A stretch of 29,806 bases of DNA, from the NCBI GenBank assembly GCA_022615525.1, contig JAKEGN010000159.1:1-29806 (forward strand). The letters run 5' to 3'. Below are positions 1 through 12,018 of this stretch, in pieces. The position numbers and the translations under genes are program-made. Under the pieces are notes generated by a model. The model was given only the letters and a program-made list of their open reading frames with translations, searched no databases and was not told where the DNA came from. The DNA is from Woeseiaceae bacterium. Lineage in GTDB: Bacteria > Pseudomonadota > Gammaproteobacteria > Steroidobacterales > Woeseiaceae. Numbering within the stretch: position 1 is the first letter of the stretch; each line of letters begins with the position of its first letter.

Positions 1-342
1 GGACGCCTCGAGTTCCACATAGACATAGGATAGCGTTGCGACCACGTCGATGTTGTCCGCGAGCGGCGTATTGAAGCCGAAACCCAGGTCGAAGTTGGTC
101 GCATCGACATCGAAATCGAGATCTGTGGTCGCATAGCCGCCAAACAGGTGAAACTGGTCGGTCAGCGCGAAAGACCCGCCGATACTGAAACCGTCACCAT
201 CGATGTCCGGGCTGTCGAAATTCACCTGCCCATATCCGATCTCGGCGTAGGTGTAATTCAACCCCGACGAGTTTGCCGCGCCCTGCGCCATGGCGCCGGC
301 CGACATTCCCATTAGTAGCAAAAAAGATACAAAACGCTTCAT
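1..342 (-). CDS. Outer-membrane beta-barrel protein, N-terminal part (runs off the window start; absent from the ORF track)
   Basis: My translation from ATG at 342: MKRFVSFLLLMGMSAGAMA-QGAANSSGLNYTYAEIGYGQVNFDSPDIDGDGFSIGGSFALTDQFHLFGGYATTDLDFDVDATNFDLGFGFNTPLADNIDVVATLSYVYVELEAS, 114 codons with no stop. Sec signal peptide, alternating aromatic/hydrophobic beta-strand pattern, GGAG Shine-Dalgarno (SD) 6 nt upstream. Confidence 0.75.
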   Translation of the reverse strand, partial: MKRFVSFLLLMGMSAGAMAQGAANSSGLNYTYAEIGYGQVNFDSPDIDGDGFSIGGSFALTDQFHLFGGYATTDLDFDVDATNFDLGFGFNTPLADNIDVVATLSYVYVELEAS

Positions 343-519
343 GAAATTCTCCGAAAGTGCCCAAGTGTGCGCACAATAGCCGAACGGCCTGTCGCTTGCG
401 CGAGACGCGTCACACAATTGCCGCAGGCCCGGTTATTGTTAAGTCATTGTGCAACAATTGCTGCCCGCTGACCATGTCGCGCGGGAGCGACAGGTCTTAA
501 GCGGTTGCGGAGCCAGGTC

Positions 520-939
520 ATGAGCTCACAGGCCCACTATCAGCTTGCCGCAGACCTCGTATTGCTGGTGCACACGCTTTTTGTCGTGTTCGTCGTTCTC
601 GGGCTTGTCTTGATACTGTGCGGCGCCCTCTTTGGCTGGTCGTGGATACGCAATCCCTGGTTCCGCCTGGGCCACCTGCTGGCGATAGCGGTCGTCGTGC
701 TTCAGTCCTGGTTCGACGTTCTGTGTCCTTTGACGACGCTCGAGACCGCGCTCCGCCAGCGCGCCGGTGATGCCCCTTACGCCGGCTCGTTCATGGCTCA
801 CTGGCTCGAGGCATTGCTGTACTACAGCGCGCCCGCCTGGGTCTTCGTGCTCTGCTACACGCTGTTCGGCGCCGTGGTTGCGGCAAGCTGGCACTGGATA
901 CGCCCGCGGCCATTTATTGCGCGCGATGCCGAGCGCTGA
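520..939 (+). CDS. DUF2784-family membrane protein
   Basis: Pattern LAADLVLLVH...FRLGHLLAI...CPLTTLETALRQRAG..Y.GSFMAHWL matches DUF2784 as I recall it. ATG at 520 with GGAG at 509-512 is preferred over TTG at 505. Confidence 0.75.
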   Translation: MSSQAHYQLAADLVLLVHTLFVVFVVLGLVLILCGALFGWSWIRNPWFRLGHLLAIAVVVLQSWFDVLCPLTTLETALRQRAGDAPYAGSFMAHWLEALLYYSAPAWVFVLCYTLFGAVVAASWHWIRPRPFIARDAER

Positions 940-951
940 TTTTTCGCGGCA

Positions 952-2313
952 TTACTTGCCGATGCAGAACTCCGAAAAAATGCGGCCGAGCAGATCATCG
1001 CTGGAGTAGGCGCCGGTGATTTCACCGAGCGCCTGATGGGCCAATCGCAATTCTTCGGCGAGCAATTCCCCGGCCTTGTTCTCCTCGAGCGCCAGGGCGC
1101 CTGCATCGAAATGTTCCTGCGCGCGCCTCAGCGCTTCGAGATGCCGGCGCCTCGCTGTGAATGAGCCCTCGCCAAGGTCCTCGTACCCGGCCAGGTCGCG
1201 AATTGCCGCCCGGAGTGAGTCCAGGCCCGCGCCGGTTTTTGCCGACAGCAGGATGGTAGGCGCCCGCGCCTGCGCTGGTCCCGGGATTTCGCCGCTCAGA
1301 TCGATCTTGTTCCGTACAACGAGGAGTGGAATGTCAGGCGGCAGGTCCGCCGCGGCGTAGTCCGCTTGCGTGTCGCATTGCCCGGCCGCATCCTCGACCC
1401 ACAGGACGGCGTCAGCATTGCGGATGGCTTCCATTGCGCGGCGGATTCCTTCCGCCTCGATGCGATCGGGATTCTCGCGCAAGCCTGCCGTGTCGACGAG
1501 CTCTACCACCAGACCGTCGATATCGATACGTTCCCGCAGGATGTCACGTGTCGTGCCCGCAATCTCGGTAACGATGGCAGACTCCTCGCCGCTCAGGCGA
1601 TTCAGAAGGCTCGATTTACCGGCGTTCGGTCGGCCGGCGATAACCATGCGATAGCCGTCGCGCAACAGCCTCCCGGTCCGGGCCTTGCCTGCCAGTTCTG
1701 CAAAGGCTCTCGCGCATTGCCCGATAGCGCGGCGCAATCCTGCATCGGCCAGGAAGTCGATTTCCTCTTCCGGGAAGTCGATTGCAGCCTCTACATGCAT
1801 GCGCAGGCGAATGAGCTGCTCCTGAAGCGCGCTGATGGCCGCCGAAAACTCGCCGGATAACGATCGCAATGCGGCTCGCGCCGCCTGGCGCGAGCCGCTA
1901 CCCACCAGGTCCGCAATGGCCTCGGCCTGGACGAGATCGAGCTTGTCGTTCAGGAACGCCCGCTTGGTGAACTCGCCCGGTTCGGCGCGCCTTGCGCCCA
2001 GCGCAATCGCAGCGCCGACGAGGTCCGAGACCGGCACCGGCCCTCCATGCCCGTGCAGTTCCAGCACGTGTTCGCCGGTGAAAGAATGTGGCGCCGGAAA
2101 ATACAAAGCGATACCCGTATCGATCCGCTGACCGTCTGCGTCATGAAAATCGCCGAGCGCTGCCATGCGGGGTTTCGGCAGCTTGCCCAGGATCCGCCGC
2201 GCGATCTCTGGTGTGGCCGGGCCCGAAATGCGTACGATGGCGATCCCGCCGCTGCCGGGCGGCGTCGCAGCCGCCGCGATAGTATCCTGCGCGTAGTTGC
2301 GCATATTGCTCAC
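952..2313 (-). CDS. mnmE: tRNA uridine-5-carboxymethylaminomethyl(34) synthesis GTPase MnmE (TrmE)
   Basis: DTIAAAATPPGSGGIAIVRISG N-terminus; G1 GRPNAGKS, IAGTTRD, DTAG, NKID; C-terminal FSEFCIGK; sits downstream of yidC. Start is GTG 2313 or ATG 2304. Confidence 0.97.
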   Translation of the reverse strand: MSNMRNYAQDTIAAAATPPGSGGIAIVRISGPATPEIARRILGKLPKPRMAALGDFHDADGQRIDTGIALYFPAPHSFTGEHVLELHGHGGPVPVSDLVGAAIALGARRAEPGEFTKRAFLNDKLDLVQAEAIADLVGSGSRQAARAALRSLSGEFSAAISALQEQLIRLRMHVEAAIDFPEEEIDFLADAGLRRAIGQCARAFAELAGKARTGRLLRDGYRMVIAGRPNAGKSSLLNRLSGEESAIVTEIAGTTRDILRERIDIDGLVVELVDTAGLRENPDRIEAEGIRRAMEAIRNADAVLWVEDAAGQCDTQADYAAADLPPDIPLLVVRNKIDLSGEIPGPAQARAPTILLSAKTGAGLDSLRAAIRDLAGYEDLGEGSFTARRRHLEALRRAQEHFDAGALALEENKAGELLAEELRLAHQALGEITGAYSSDDLLGRIFSEFCIGK

Positions 2314-2333
2314 TCTCTGCGACGGCCTGCGGG

Positions 2334-2424
2334 GAAAAGGTGCCGGATTTATTTTCTTCTTACCGCCAAGGCGTTACTCGCTTCGTTTTCTTCGGGCGAA
2401 AGAAAATAAATCCTCCACCTTTTC
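2334..2424. repeat. Intergenic element with 25-bp imperfect terminal inverted repeats (copy 1)
   Basis: GAAAAGGTG-CC-GGATTTATTTTCTT (2334-2358) versus AAGAAAATAAATCC-TC-CACCTTTTC (2400-2424), 23/25 paired. The arm sequence recurs at 19924-20020. Confidence 0.75.
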
Positions 2425-2425
2425 A

Positions 2426-4117
2426 CTATTCTTCGCCCTTGTTCTTTTTCCTCACGCCTTTCGCCGCAAGTGCTTCCTGGTGTACCACCTTGTTGATGCG
2501 CCACTGCTGCGCGATGGACAGCAGCGTGTTGGTCACCCAGTAAAGCACCAGCCCCGATGGGAAAAACGCAAAGAAGCCGGTGAACACGACCGGCATGATC
2601 TGCATGACTTTCGCCTGCACGGGATCCGCGGGTGCCGGGTTCAATTTTTGCTGGAAGAACATCGCCGCACCCATGATCAACGGCAGAATGAAGTACGGGT
2701 CCCGGGATGACAGGTCTGTAATCCAGAGCGCGAACGGCGCCTGCCGCATCTCCACGCTTTCCAGCAGCACCCAGTAGAACGCCAGGAAGAAAGGCATCTG
2801 GATCAGGATCGGCAGGCAGCCCGCGGCCGGATTCACCTTCTCGCGTTTGTAGAGGTCCATCATGGCCTGGCTGAGTTGCTGCCGGTCGTCCTTGTAGCGG
2901 TCCTGCAGGGCTTTCATGCGCGGCTGTATCTCGCGCATCTTCGCCATCGATCGCCCGCTCGCCTCGGTCAGCTTGTAAAACGCAATCTTGATGAGGATCG
3001 TTACCAGGATGATCGCAAGTCCCCAGTTGCCGACAAAGCTGTACACCCTGGACAGCAGCCAGAACAGCGGCTGCGACAATATGGTCAGCCAGCCGTAATC
3101 CACTGTGAGCTTGAGCTGCGGGGAAATTTCTTCGAGCTGATTCTGCAGCTTTGGCCCGACAAACAGGACGGTCTGAAAAGCGTGCTCGCCGCCTGCCTCT
3201 ACCGTGATTGGCGCCGCGATCAGGCTCGATATTGCGACGTTGTCCCTGACCGAGATTCCGTACCGGTATGGCTGGTCGCGCGTTGGTGATATCGCGCTCA
3301 GGAAATGGTGTTGAATCGATGCAATCCAGCCATTAGTTGCAGTCTGCGACATGGGGCCGTCGGACATCAGGTCATCCCGGTCCAGTTTCTCGGACTTCTC
3401 GCCATTGAAAATGACCGGCCCGTCGAACGAGTACGTATCCACGTCGAACATCGAGCGCTCGATAGGGACCGAGCGGCGGCGAATCTGCGCATAATCTGCG
3501 CCGCGCCATTCCGTTTCGCTGTCATTTATCAGCGTTTGCGTGACATCGATCCGGTAGCTGCCGCGGGTGAAACGCAGCACCTTTTCGACCGTCACTCCGC
3601 TTTCGTCGCGCCAGGTGAGTGGAACAAGCAGCTCGTCCCCGTCTCCCAGCTCGAAGTGTTTTGCCGGCGCGCTAAACTTTGCGAGGTGATTCGGTTCTGC
3701 GCCGTTGCCGGACGATCGCAGGCCTGTCTGCAACAGGCCATGGTTTCCGGATTCCGGACTCAGGAGCTCGACGAGGTCGTTCGGTCGGTCCTTGTGGACG
3801 GGGTACTTGAGCAACAGCGCGCGCTGCAGCGTCCCGCCCTGCTCGCTGATTTCGATCTGCAGTACGTCCGTCCGTACCTGGATCGTCTCCGCTTGCGCCG
3901 TGTCCGCCGCTGCGGCCGGCTGAAGGGCCGGCGCTTCTCCAGGGGTTGCGGTGAGGTCCGGCAGCTCCGGACCGGTCTCTGGCGGCGATTCCGCAGCAGG
4001 CGCGGGTGATTCTGTCTGCTGGGCCGGTCGCGGCCCGTAGTCCTGCATCCACGCCTGGTAGGTAATCCAGAGCATCAGGCCGAATGCCGCCCACACCAAC
4101 AGTCGCTGGTTATCCAT
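2426..4117 (-). CDS. yidC: Membrane protein insertase YidC
   Basis: Start MDNQRLLVWAAFG (ATG 4117; the longer ORF-track start lies inside rnpA). Periplasmic domain, VDYGW, GNWGLAII, YKREKVNP-AGCLPILIQMPFF, DPYFILP, GLVLYWVTN. 563 aa. Confidence 0.97.
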   Translation of the reverse strand: MDNQRLLVWAAFGLMLWITYQAWMQDYGPRPAQQTESPAPAAESPPETGPELPDLTATPGEAPALQPAAAADTAQAETIQVRTDVLQIEISEQGGTLQRALLLKYPVHKDRPNDLVELLSPESGNHGLLQTGLRSSGNGAEPNHLAKFSAPAKHFELGDGDELLVPLTWRDESGVTVEKVLRFTRGSYRIDVTQTLINDSETEWRGADYAQIRRRSVPIERSMFDVDTYSFDGPVIFNGEKSEKLDRDDLMSDGPMSQTATNGWIASIQHHFLSAISPTRDQPYRYGISVRDNVAISSLIAAPITVEAGGEHAFQTVLFVGPKLQNQLEEISPQLKLTVDYGWLTILSQPLFWLLSRVYSFVGNWGLAIILVTILIKIAFYKLTEASGRSMAKMREIQPRMKALQDRYKDDRQQLSQAMMDLYKREKVNPAAGCLPILIQMPFFLAFYWVLLESVEMRQAPFALWITDLSSRDPYFILPLIMGAAMFFQQKLNPAPADPVQAKVMQIMPVVFTGFFAFFPSGLVLYWVTNTLLSIAQQWRINKVVHQEALAAKGVRKKNKGEE

Positions 4118-4502
4118 CGGCCCGATTGTCCTTCGTGGCGCTGCGGTTCGCGCGGCCCCTGCTCCAGTGCCGCTCCAGGCTGTCGAACAACGCCTTGTTG
4201 TCTGCCAGGTGAGTGCCACTCTGGTTCAGCACGACTATGTCCAGGCCCTCGAGCTCCGCCCGGTGACGGCGAAACGACTCCCTGACGATGCGCTTCAGGC
4301 GATTCCGCGACGATGCGAGCCGGCAGTGCTTCTTGGATATGGCCATGCCGAGCCGGGCCTCCTGGCCTGCGTTTTCTGTTGTCAGCACGGTAAACATGTT
4401 GTCGCGACTGCGGCGGGCCTTGCTGAAGACGCGCCCGAAAGACGCGGCGTCCGTCAGGCGGCTCGTTCGTTGAAACCGGTGATCGGGCCGTTCGCCCGAC
4501 AT
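4110..4502 (-). CDS. rnpA: Ribonuclease P protein component
   Basis: RF...SRL...F..VF, ARLGMAISKK, RNRLKRIVRESFR (RNR motif), LDIVV; between rpmH and yidC. ATG 4502, 130 aa. Confidence 0.95.
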   Translation of the reverse strand: MSGERPDHRFQRTSRLTDAASFGRVFSKARRSRDNMFTVLTTENAGQEARLGMAISKKHCRLASSRNRLKRIVRESFRRHRAELEGLDIVVLNQSGTHLADNKALFDSLERHWSRGRANRSATKDNRADG

Positions 4503-4543
4503 GTTATTTATTTCTGTCTGCGCCGGCGGTTGGCCACGGGCCG

Positions 4544-4678
4544 CTACGGGGTAAGCTCGGCGCGGCCTTTCGCGCGGCGCCGTTTGAGGACCAGGCGGCC
4601 GCCCTTGGTTGCCATTCTTGCGCGAAATCCGTGGGTGCGGGCCCGCTTCAATGCGCTGGGCTGGTAGGTGCGTTTCAT
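4544..4678 (-). CDS. rpmH: 50S ribosomal protein L34
   Basis: [44 protein letters not shown], 44 aa, canonical L34. Confidence 0.99.
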   Translation of the reverse strand: MKRTYQPSALKRARTHGFRARMATKGGRLVLKRRRAKGRAELTP

Positions 4679-4733
4679 GAGCCTGATACCTGCGTCTGTG
4701 CCGGGGCTCTCCCCAGCCAAAAGAAAGCCGGCA

Positions 4734-4762
4734 AGGGTACGCGGGCACTCAATTAGTGTCAA
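4734..4762 (-). promoter_or_regulatory. sigma70 promoter for rpmH-rnpA-yidC
   Basis: Minus strand TTGACA (4762-4757), 17-nt spacer, TACCCT (4739-4734), followed by the GC-rich TGCCGGC, which resembles a stringent discriminator. Confidence 0.65.
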
Positions 4763-4907
4763 TAGAACAAACAGTTAATACATGCTCCTCGTGGCTTTTT
4801 CCGTTTGATGGCGCAAGCTGCACAGACGTATTAGACTGCCGGTCCGCCGACATTTTTGTTAGCGTCTTTATTTTTCCGCCTTTTGTTTCATGTGCCCGGG
4901 GACCTCG

Positions 4908-6230
4908 TTGCAGACCGAGACAACGCTGTGGAATGACTGTGTCCGCGAACTCCAGGCGGAGCTTCCCGAGCAGCAGTTCAATACCTGGATTCGACCGCTG
5001 CAGGCGGTCGAGGAAGGCAATGCGCTGAAACTACTGGCCCCCAATCGCTTTGTCGTCGACTGGCTGCAGCAGCATTACGTGGAAAGAATCCTGCAGCTCA
5101 TCGACCGCAGCGGTGACGCGATGGAGCTGGTCATCGAGGTGGGCTCGCGTCACGCGGCACCGCCTCCGCCGGGACCCTCGCGTGCTTTGGCAGCTGCGGT
5201 CACGCCCGTTGCGAGCCGCCTGAACCCGACCTTCACTTTCGCCAATTTTGTCGAGGGCAAAAGCAACCAGCTGGCGCGGGCCGCGGCATTCCAGGTCGGC
5301 GAAAACCCGGGAAAATCCTATAATCCCCTGTTCATTTACGGCGGCGTCGGCCTCGGCAAGACACACCTCATGCAAGCCATCGGCAACGCGATGCTTGCAC
5401 GCGATCCGTCGGCGAGGGTCAGTTACGTGCACTCCGAGCGTTTCGTCGGCGACATGGTCAAGGGGTTGCAGCACAATACCATTTCGGACTTCAAGCGCTC
5501 GTATCGGTCCCTGGATGCCCTGCTGATCGATGATATTCAGTTTTTCGCCGGCAAGGATCGTTCACAGGAAGAATTCTTTCATACGTTCAACGCCCTGCTC
5601 GAGGGACATCGACAGATCGTGCTCACCTGTGACCGATATCCAAAAGAGGTGCGCGGTCTCGAAGAGCGGCTCAAATCACGCTTTGGCTGGGGCCTTACTG
5701 TCGCAATCGAGCCACCGGAACTGGAAACTTCCGTGGCAATCCTGATGAGTAAGGCCGCGAATGAGTCCGTGGTGTTACCGGAAGAGGTTGCTTTTTTCAT
5801 TGCCAAACGTATTCGGTCGAATGTGCGGGAGCTCGAGGGCGCATTGCGCCGCGTTTCAGCGAATGCACAGTTCACCGGGAAACCGATTACAGTGGATTTT
5901 GCCAAGGAGGCGCTGCGCGACCTCCTGGCATTGCAGGAACGGCTGGTTTCCATCGAGAATATTCAGAAAACCGTCGCCGATTACTTCAAGCTCCGGGTTG
6001 CCGACCTGCTCTCCAAGAGGAGGACCCGCTCCATCGCCAGACCGCGACAGCTCGCAATGGCGCTGGCAAAGGAACTGACGAGCCACAGCTTGCCGGAAAT
6101 CGGTGACGCATTCGGCGGAAGGGATCATACGACCGTGCTGCATGGGTGCCGACGGATCGCGTCTTTACGGGAACAGGAGAAGCGGGTTGATGAGGACTAT
6201 ATGAACCTGTTAAGGACATTGACAGGATGA
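4908..6230 (+). CDS. dnaA: Chromosomal replication initiator DnaA
   Basis: [29 protein letters not shown], Walker [36 protein letters not shown]. Start probably TTG 4908 (GGGGA upstream); ATG 4890 is possible. Confidence 0.98.
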   Translation: MQTETTLWNDCVRELQAELPEQQFNTWIRPLQAVEEGNALKLLAPNRFVVDWLQQHYVERILQLIDRSGDAMELVIEVGSRHAAPPPPGPSRALAAAVTPVASRLNPTFTFANFVEGKSNQLARAAAFQVGENPGKSYNPLFIYGGVGLGKTHLMQAIGNAMLARDPSARVSYVHSERFVGDMVKGLQHNTISDFKRSYRSLDALLIDDIQFFAGKDRSQEEFFHTFNALLEGHRQIVLTCDRYPKEVRGLEERLKSRFGWGLTVAIEPPELETSVAILMSKAANESVVLPEEVAFFIAKRIRSNVRELEGALRRVSANAQFTGKPITVDFAKEALRDLLALQERLVSIENIQKTVADYFKLRVADLLSKRRTRSIARPRQLAMALAKELTSHSLPEIGDAFGGRDHTTVLHGCRRIASLREQEKRVDEDYMNLLRTLTG

Positions 6231-6440
6231 TGTGGAAAAGCTGTGGGCAGTACGAGAAAGACCGCGGGGATCGCCCACAATGCACAGGGTACTCACAGGA
6301 ACGACGTAGATCATACAGGCTTTCCGGGTGGCGCTTACTAAATGTAAGCTACTGATAAATTGGATAAAAAAATAGTTATGCACAGCTCCTTTGGTCGCTA
6401 ATAATAACTAGAACAGAGATATCTCCAATATTTATTAACA
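6231..6440. other. Putative replication origin oriC (dnaA-dnaN intergenic)
   Basis: Two TTWTNCACA matches (6231-6239 reverse, 6376-6384 forward), degenerate ..CACA boxes at 6242-6317 and 6359-6367, an IHF-like site at 6345-6357, and an AT-rich tract at 6398-6440. Confidence 0.7.
6345..6357 (-). promoter_or_regulatory. IHF-binding-site match within the oriC candidate
   Basis: Minus strand TATCAG-TAGC-TTA fits WATCAR-N4-TTR. Confidence 0.5.
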
Positions 6441-6450
6441 GGTGTCATGC

Positions 6451-7548
6451 ATGAAGCTAGCCGCAGCTCGTGAAGCTCTTTTGAAGCCGTTGCAGTCCGT
6501 GATCGGGGTGGTTGAACGTCGGCAAACGATGCCTATCCTGGCGAACGTATTGCTGGTGGCAAAGAACGACAAGCTGGCAATCACGGCCACGGACCTGGAG
6601 GTAGAGCTGGTGGCTACAGCGCCGGTCGATGTTCAGACGGGCGGTGAAGTGACGGTGCCGGGTAGAAAGCTGCTGGACATTTGCAGGGCCTTGCCGGAGG
6701 GAGCGGAAGTCCAGATTGGCCAAAGTGGCGAGAAGCTGGTGGTCAAGTCAGGGCGGAGCAAATTTACGTTGACGACCCTGCCGGCGGCGGAGTTTCCCAC
6801 CGTCGAGGACATCAATGCCGGACAGTCACTGGAGCTCGCGCAGGAAACGCTGCGCAGACTGCTCGACAAGACGCATTTCTCGATGGCTCAGCAAGATGTC
6901 AGGTATTACCTGAATGGGCTTTTGCTGGAAACCGGGAAAAAGCACCTGCGGGCAGTCGCAACAGACGGGCACCGCCTGGCGCTTTGCCAGGTTGAGCTCC
7001 CGGGCGGCAAGCTGCCGGAGCAGCAGGTCATCGTGCCGCGCAAAGGGGTACTGGAACTTCAACGCCTGATGACCGGGGAAGGCACGCTGAACCTCGAGCT
7101 GGGCAGTAACCATATCCGGATCCAGCTCGACGGGATCCGTTTCACTTCGAAGCTCATCGACGGGCGATTTCCCGAGTACGAGCGGGTTATCCCGCAGGAT
7201 ACGACGAATGCGCTGGGGGCGGACAGGCAGTTATTCCGTGCCGCCTTGCAAAGAACCGCGATCCTGTCGAACGAGAAATACCGCGGCATACGCCTGACCA
7301 TACACAGGGATACGGTCATCCTGCAGGCACATAACCCGGAGCAGGAAGAGGCCGAGGAAGAGCTCGCCGTGTCGTACAAGGGTGCCGACATAGAGATAGG
7401 GTTCAACGTCAATTACCTGCTGGATGCCCTGGGAGCCATCGAGTCCGAGCAGGTCTCACTGGCGCTCGTGGATGGCAACTCGAGCTGCCTGTTGCGCCAG
7501 CCGGACTCCGACGACTCCAAGTACGTCGTTATGCCGATGCGCCTCTAG
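6451..7548 (+). CDS. dnaN: DNA polymerase III beta sliding clamp
   Basis: LQSVIGVVERRQTMPILANVL, ATDLEVEL, SMAQQDVRYYLNG, ATDGHRLA, SKLIDGRFPEY, IGFNVNYLLD, YVVMPMRL. ATG 6451. Confidence 0.98.
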   Translation: MKLAAAREALLKPLQSVIGVVERRQTMPILANVLLVAKNDKLAITATDLEVELVATAPVDVQTGGEVTVPGRKLLDICRALPEGAEVQIGQSGEKLVVKSGRSKFTLTTLPAAEFPTVEDINAGQSLELAQETLRRLLDKTHFSMAQQDVRYYLNGLLLETGKKHLRAVATDGHRLALCQVELPGGKLPEQQVIVPRKGVLELQRLMTGEGTLNLELGSNHIRIQLDGIRFTSKLIDGRFPEYERVIPQDTTNALGADRQLFRAALQRTAILSNEKYRGIRLTIHRDTVILQAHNPEQEEAEEELAVSYKGADIEIGFNVNYLLDALGAIESEQVSLALVDGNSSCLLRQPDSDDSKYVVMPMRL

Positions 7549-7564
7549 CCACTGCGGCGCACCC

Positions 7565-11184
<3,620 letters not shown>

Positions 11185-11190
11185 CAACGC

Positions 11191-11219
11191 CCACGATCCA
11201 TTCGACGGCTGGATCGCGG
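11191..11219 (-). terminator. Hairpin between convergent gyrB and plsC-like genes
   Basis: Minus strand CCGCGATCCA-9 nt-TGGATCGTGG, 10 bp with one G.U pair. No U-tract, so intrinsic terminator function is uncertain. Confidence 0.35.
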
Positions 11220-11251
11220 ATCGGGACAAGGAGGGCGGCAGGCACCGATTC

Positions 11252-11974
11252 TCAAAAGGCTGCGTAACCGGTGCTGATTTCGCGCATTTTTCCTTCGATC
11301 CAGTCCTGCACGAGCAGGTTGGTTTCTTTCGGCGGCTGTGCGGATGCGTCGATCGGCGGACCAATGACGAAGCGGATCAGCCCGGGTTTCTTGATGACTC
11401 CGCGCCGCGGCCAGAAATCGCCGGCGTTGTGTGCAACCGGCACGATCTTCACCCCCGCCTCGCGCGCAAGAGCGGCTCCACTTACGCCGTATTTCTTGGT
11501 CTTTCCGGGCGCCACGCGCGTTCCTTCGGGGAAAACAGTGACCCAGATCCCTTCGGCCAGCCGCGCCTTGCCTTGTTCAATCACCTGAATGACGGCGCTG
11601 TGACCGGCACCCCGGTTGATCGCTATCGGCTGCATTGCCGCCAGGCCCCAGCCGAAAATCGGTATCCATTTCAACTCGCGCTTCAGTACCCAGGTCTGGA
11701 TCGGGAAGAAAACGAGCTGCGCGTAGGTCTCGAACACTGTTGAGTGCTTTATGAGAACTACGCTCGGTTCCCGGGGAATGTTTTCCTGGCCCTCGACGAC
11801 GTACTGGAGCCCGCAGATCCAGCGGCCGGCGATGAGCATCGATTTGCCCCAGGCGCGCGCGACGGCAAAGCACACACTGTGGCCAAACGGCCAGCAGAGC
11901 GCGACCGTCGACGAAGCGATCGAAACCGAGGCATAAAAATAGAACTGGAACAGGAGAGAACGAATCAGCAGCAC
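11252..11974 (-). CDS. plsC: 1-acyl-sn-glycerol-3-phosphate acyltransferase (PlsC family)
   Basis: KHSTVFET (HX4E variant), VLKRELKWIPIFGW, IAINRG, VFPEGTR, IVPVAHN. GTG start with GGAG SD; the gyrB-plsC-glyS neighbourhood is typical. Confidence 0.85.
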   Translation of the reverse strand: MLLIRSLLFQFYFYASVSIASSTVALCWPFGHSVCFAVARAWGKSMLIAGRWICGLQYVVEGQENIPREPSVVLIKHSTVFETYAQLVFFPIQTWVLKRELKWIPIFGWGLAAMQPIAINRGAGHSAVIQVIEQGKARLAEGIWVTVFPEGTRVAPGKTKKYGVSGAALAREAGVKIVPVAHNAGDFWPRRGVIKKPGLIRFVIGPPIDASAQPPKETNLLVQDWIEGKMREISTGYAAF

Positions 11975-12018
11975 CCTGTCATCTCCGGGTATTGGTCATC
12001 CCTGTGAGCATGACAGTA

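Noticed and set aside
4110-4762. ORF-track N-terminal extensions of rpmH, rnpA and yidC (also recF, glyQ, secB, rhodanese, trmL, ctpA)
   Set aside because: They run into neighbouring genes or promoters; homology-consistent downstream starts exist.
4679-4907. rpmH-dnaA gap as oriC (the Pseudomonas position)
   Set aside because: No TTWTNCACA match and no box cluster; the content is explained by promoters.
11725-11750. PlsC catalytic motif HX4E instead of HX4D
   Set aside because: As I recall, HX4E (xH.S..ET) characterises a subfamily of proteobacterial lysophosphatidic acid acyltransferases; the other motifs are intact.
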